A stretch of 63,716 nucleotides of DNA, the filler included, from Octopus bimaculoides (Eukaryota): the NCBI RefSeq assembly GCF_001194135.2. It is 7 parts of 6 records of this genome, joined end to end, with 100 filler letters (N's around TTAATTAATTAA, not from the genome) between each part and the next. Parts side by side here need not be neighbours in the genome. Positions count along the whole stretch, not along the records: positions 52,184 to 62,222 come from NC_068996.1; positions 62,323 to 63,716 come from NC_068988.1; 5 more parts are not named here. The stretch is one strand, 5' to 3'. The position numbers and the translations under genes are program-made. This document shows, piece by piece, positions 61,501 to 63,716 of the stretch; within the stretch, counting starts at the first letter, position 1; every line of letters begins with the position of its first letter. The notes below the pieces were generated by a model. The model was given only the letters and a program-made list of their open reading frames with translations. It was not told the DNA's origin and did no database searches.

Positions 61501-62222
61501 AAAGGTTGCGGGCGCGTTTGAAAGAGGATAGGGGTGGGTTAGGGAAAATGGGGTGGGTGGTGGGATCGAGCTAGAGGCGACGGAAGGCCCGTAGAAGTTG
61601 AGGTAGAGGTGGGAGTCAGTGGGTTTGAAGAAGGCGGAGGTAGTTAGAGAGTTGGAGGGGAGGTTGATGGAAAGAGAGATGTCGAGGAAGTTAACAGAGG
61701 TGTCAGAGATGGTAGAAGTAAATTCAAGAGCAGGGTGGAAGTTAGAGAGGAAGGAGATGAAAAGGCAGAGCTGTTCGCGGGAGAGGGAGGTGGCTCCTAT
61801 ACAGTCATCTATGTAGCGACCGTATAGTTCTAGGGTCGGACCGGAGAATTGGGAGAATACTTGGGCCTCAATGTAACCAACAAATAAGTTGGCATAATTG
61901 GGGCCCATTCTCGTTCCCATCGCGACCCCAGACACTATTGGTAGGTTTCTCCGGCGAACGTGAAGCAGTTGAGGGTGAGGACGAGTTCTGCCAGACGAAG
62001 CAGTGTAGGAGTGCTAGGTGTGGGGTCAGGGCGGCGGTCGAGGAAGTATTGGAGGGCTGAGAGACCATCGTTGTGTGGAATCACGGTGTATAGGGATTTG
62101 ATGTCCAAGGTGAAGAGGAGGTGTGAGGGGCCGGGAGGGAAAGAAAAGGAATTGAGGAGGCGAAGGGCGTGGTTAGTGTCGTGTATGTGGGATGGGAGGG
62201 CAGCAACTAACGGGGACAGGAT
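61501..62222 (-). mobile_element. Penelope-like element 2 (Neptune-type, C-rich coding strand): RT core fragment
   Basis: SLYTVIPHNDGL...LLRLAELVLTLNCFTF...GVAMGTRMGPNYANLFVGYIE...YGRYIDDCIG...NFHPALEFT...VNFLDI...KPTDSHLYLNF. Confidence 0.92.
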
Positions 62223-62322
62223 NNNNNNNNNNNNNNNNNNNNNNNNNNNNNNNNNNNNNNNNNNNNTTAATTAATTAANNNNNNNNNNNNNNNNNNNNNN
62301 NNNNNNNNNNNNNNNNNNNNNN
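62223..62322. other. Artificial scaffold linker
   Basis: 44 N + TTAATTAATTAA + 44 N. Confidence 0.95.
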
Positions 62323-62549
62323 TCTGCTGAAAACATTCAGTAAAATGTTTATTGTTCAAGCGAGTAGTTTATTTCCAGTTGCAATCTTTGACATTTGTGA
62401 TTGAAGGGAATATATCGCTGCAGTTATGAAGCGGTACTTCATGTTAGAACGTGTTTTGGTTATATATACTTATTAACATCTGCCTAAGGTTGAACTAAAT
62501 CTGGAAAGTTTTTTTTTTTTAGTTCTTGCTTATATGTTATTTTCCCTCC

Positions 62550-62745
62550 CTTTAACCTTTGTTAATAAAAAAGTTCCATACATTTTCACCTTATGAAAAG
62601 TATGAAAAAAGACCTTTGTTAGAGATATTTGATTTCATTTCCCCCACTCTAACTTGTGTTAATAAAAAGTTCCATTTAGCAGAGATTTTCATCTTGTGAA
62701 AAGTAACAAAAAAGATCTTTTGTTGTCGGAGACATTTGTATTATT
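62550..62745. repeat. ~100-bp tandem duplication
   Basis: taac.t.tgttaataaaaa.gttccat...ttttca.ctt.tgaaaagta..aaaaaaga.cttt occurs twice. Confidence 0.8.
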
Positions 62746-63262
62746 TATTTATTGCTCGTTGGTCCTTCAGGACGCGAATCAACAATTAATTCTATTAATG
62801 GAGATTCTTAAAGCCAAATTCTTCCACTGGACACTCTCGTTTATTTTTCTCACACTTTTGCAAAAATGAATGTGTTATCATATCATTTGAAAGTGCATTT
62901 ATATATTGTAACAATGAAAGGGAATTATTTTTTCATTGCTGAAAGCAGCTATTAAAGCAATGGAACTCAACGAGAAACAAGTCAACAATTGTTCAGTTAT
63001 GTGTAAAAAATCAATTTTAAGTATGTGGTGAGTATTACAAGTCACGAATAAAATGTCCAGAGTTGAACAAAGCTAAAGTAATTTCCTTCCTCGCATCAGC
63101 TACTCCACGACCTCCCATCAAATTGTAAAATACGAAAATTTAAGAAAATAATAAAACCCACTTCTCTTTCTTTTGTAATGTCTTGATCACTTGATAACAT
63201 CTCTAGGCACCTGGTAACTTTCAATTTACTACGTAACTCAGAACAAAACGCATTTACAACTA

Positions 63263-63484
63263 CAGTAATCCCTCATCATATCACAGTTCATCTATCGCGG
63301 TTTATTATTTAAGCTTACATCAATTCCTCCGTGGTGTTGTTTTGCATCTATAATGAAGTAAATATATACAAATTATAAAAATAATTAAAAATATATACAG
63401 TACTGTACTGTTTCTACTTCACAAATTTTCATCTATCGCAGGGTTTTTTGGAACGTAACACTCGCGATAGTCGAGGGATTACTG
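63263..63484. mobile_element. pogo/Tigger-type (Tc1/mariner superfamily) MITE
   Basis: TIRs cagtaatccctc / gagggattactg, flanked by TA on both sides. Confidence 0.85.
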
Positions 63485-63532
63485 TACTGGAAAGTGAATT
63501 GTTTGAAGTATTACGCCAAAATATAGGATTAC

Positions 63533-63677
63533 ACAATAAGAAGTTTGCTTCCTAACCACATGGTTCCTGATTCAGTCGTGTTGCATGACACCTTGGGCAA
63601 ATGTCATCTACCCGGGGTAACCAAAGCCTTGTGAGAGGATTAGATAGACGGAAACTGAAAAAAAGTCCGGACTATAT

Positions 63678-63716
<39 letters not shown>
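63533..63716 (+). mobile_element. SINE family A head, running off the window inside its TA run
   Basis: taagaagtttgcttcctaaccacatggttcc...ccttgggcaaatgtc...aaagccttgtgag...gacggaaactgaaa. Confidence 0.85.

Overview
Repeat-dense, AT-rich animal genomic DNA, most likely octopus; this is inferred from the SINE families and the very high microsatellite load. Much of the window is N gaps. Six identical 100-bp spacers (44 N + TTAATTAATTAA + 44 N) are artificial joins, so the window is seven concatenated pieces and adjacency across them is unproven. One host gene is recognisable: the uracil-DNA glycosylase SMUG1 on the minus strand, with two coding exons (6162-6043 and 849-394). Its first coding exon, with the GMNPG motif, was not found. 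The rest is transposable-element debris: at least four SINE families; decayed R4/Dong-, NeSL/HERO-, CRE-, Tx1- and RTE-like LINEs; two fused Penelope-like elements; and hAT and pogo-type MITEs. I found no CRISPR array, rRNA or intact tRNA, and no clearly demonstrated new multi-gene system. The best second-look candidates are: (1) a 641-bp foldback transposon with a perfect 8-bp TSD and a (CCCTAA)n-(TTAGGG)n telomeric palindrome at its centre; (2) hammerhead-ribozyme-like blocks in a small repeat family and next to the Penelope-like elements, non-canonical and unproven; (3) a ~217-bp hairpin in a SMUG1 intron; (4) a chimera of two Penelope-like families.
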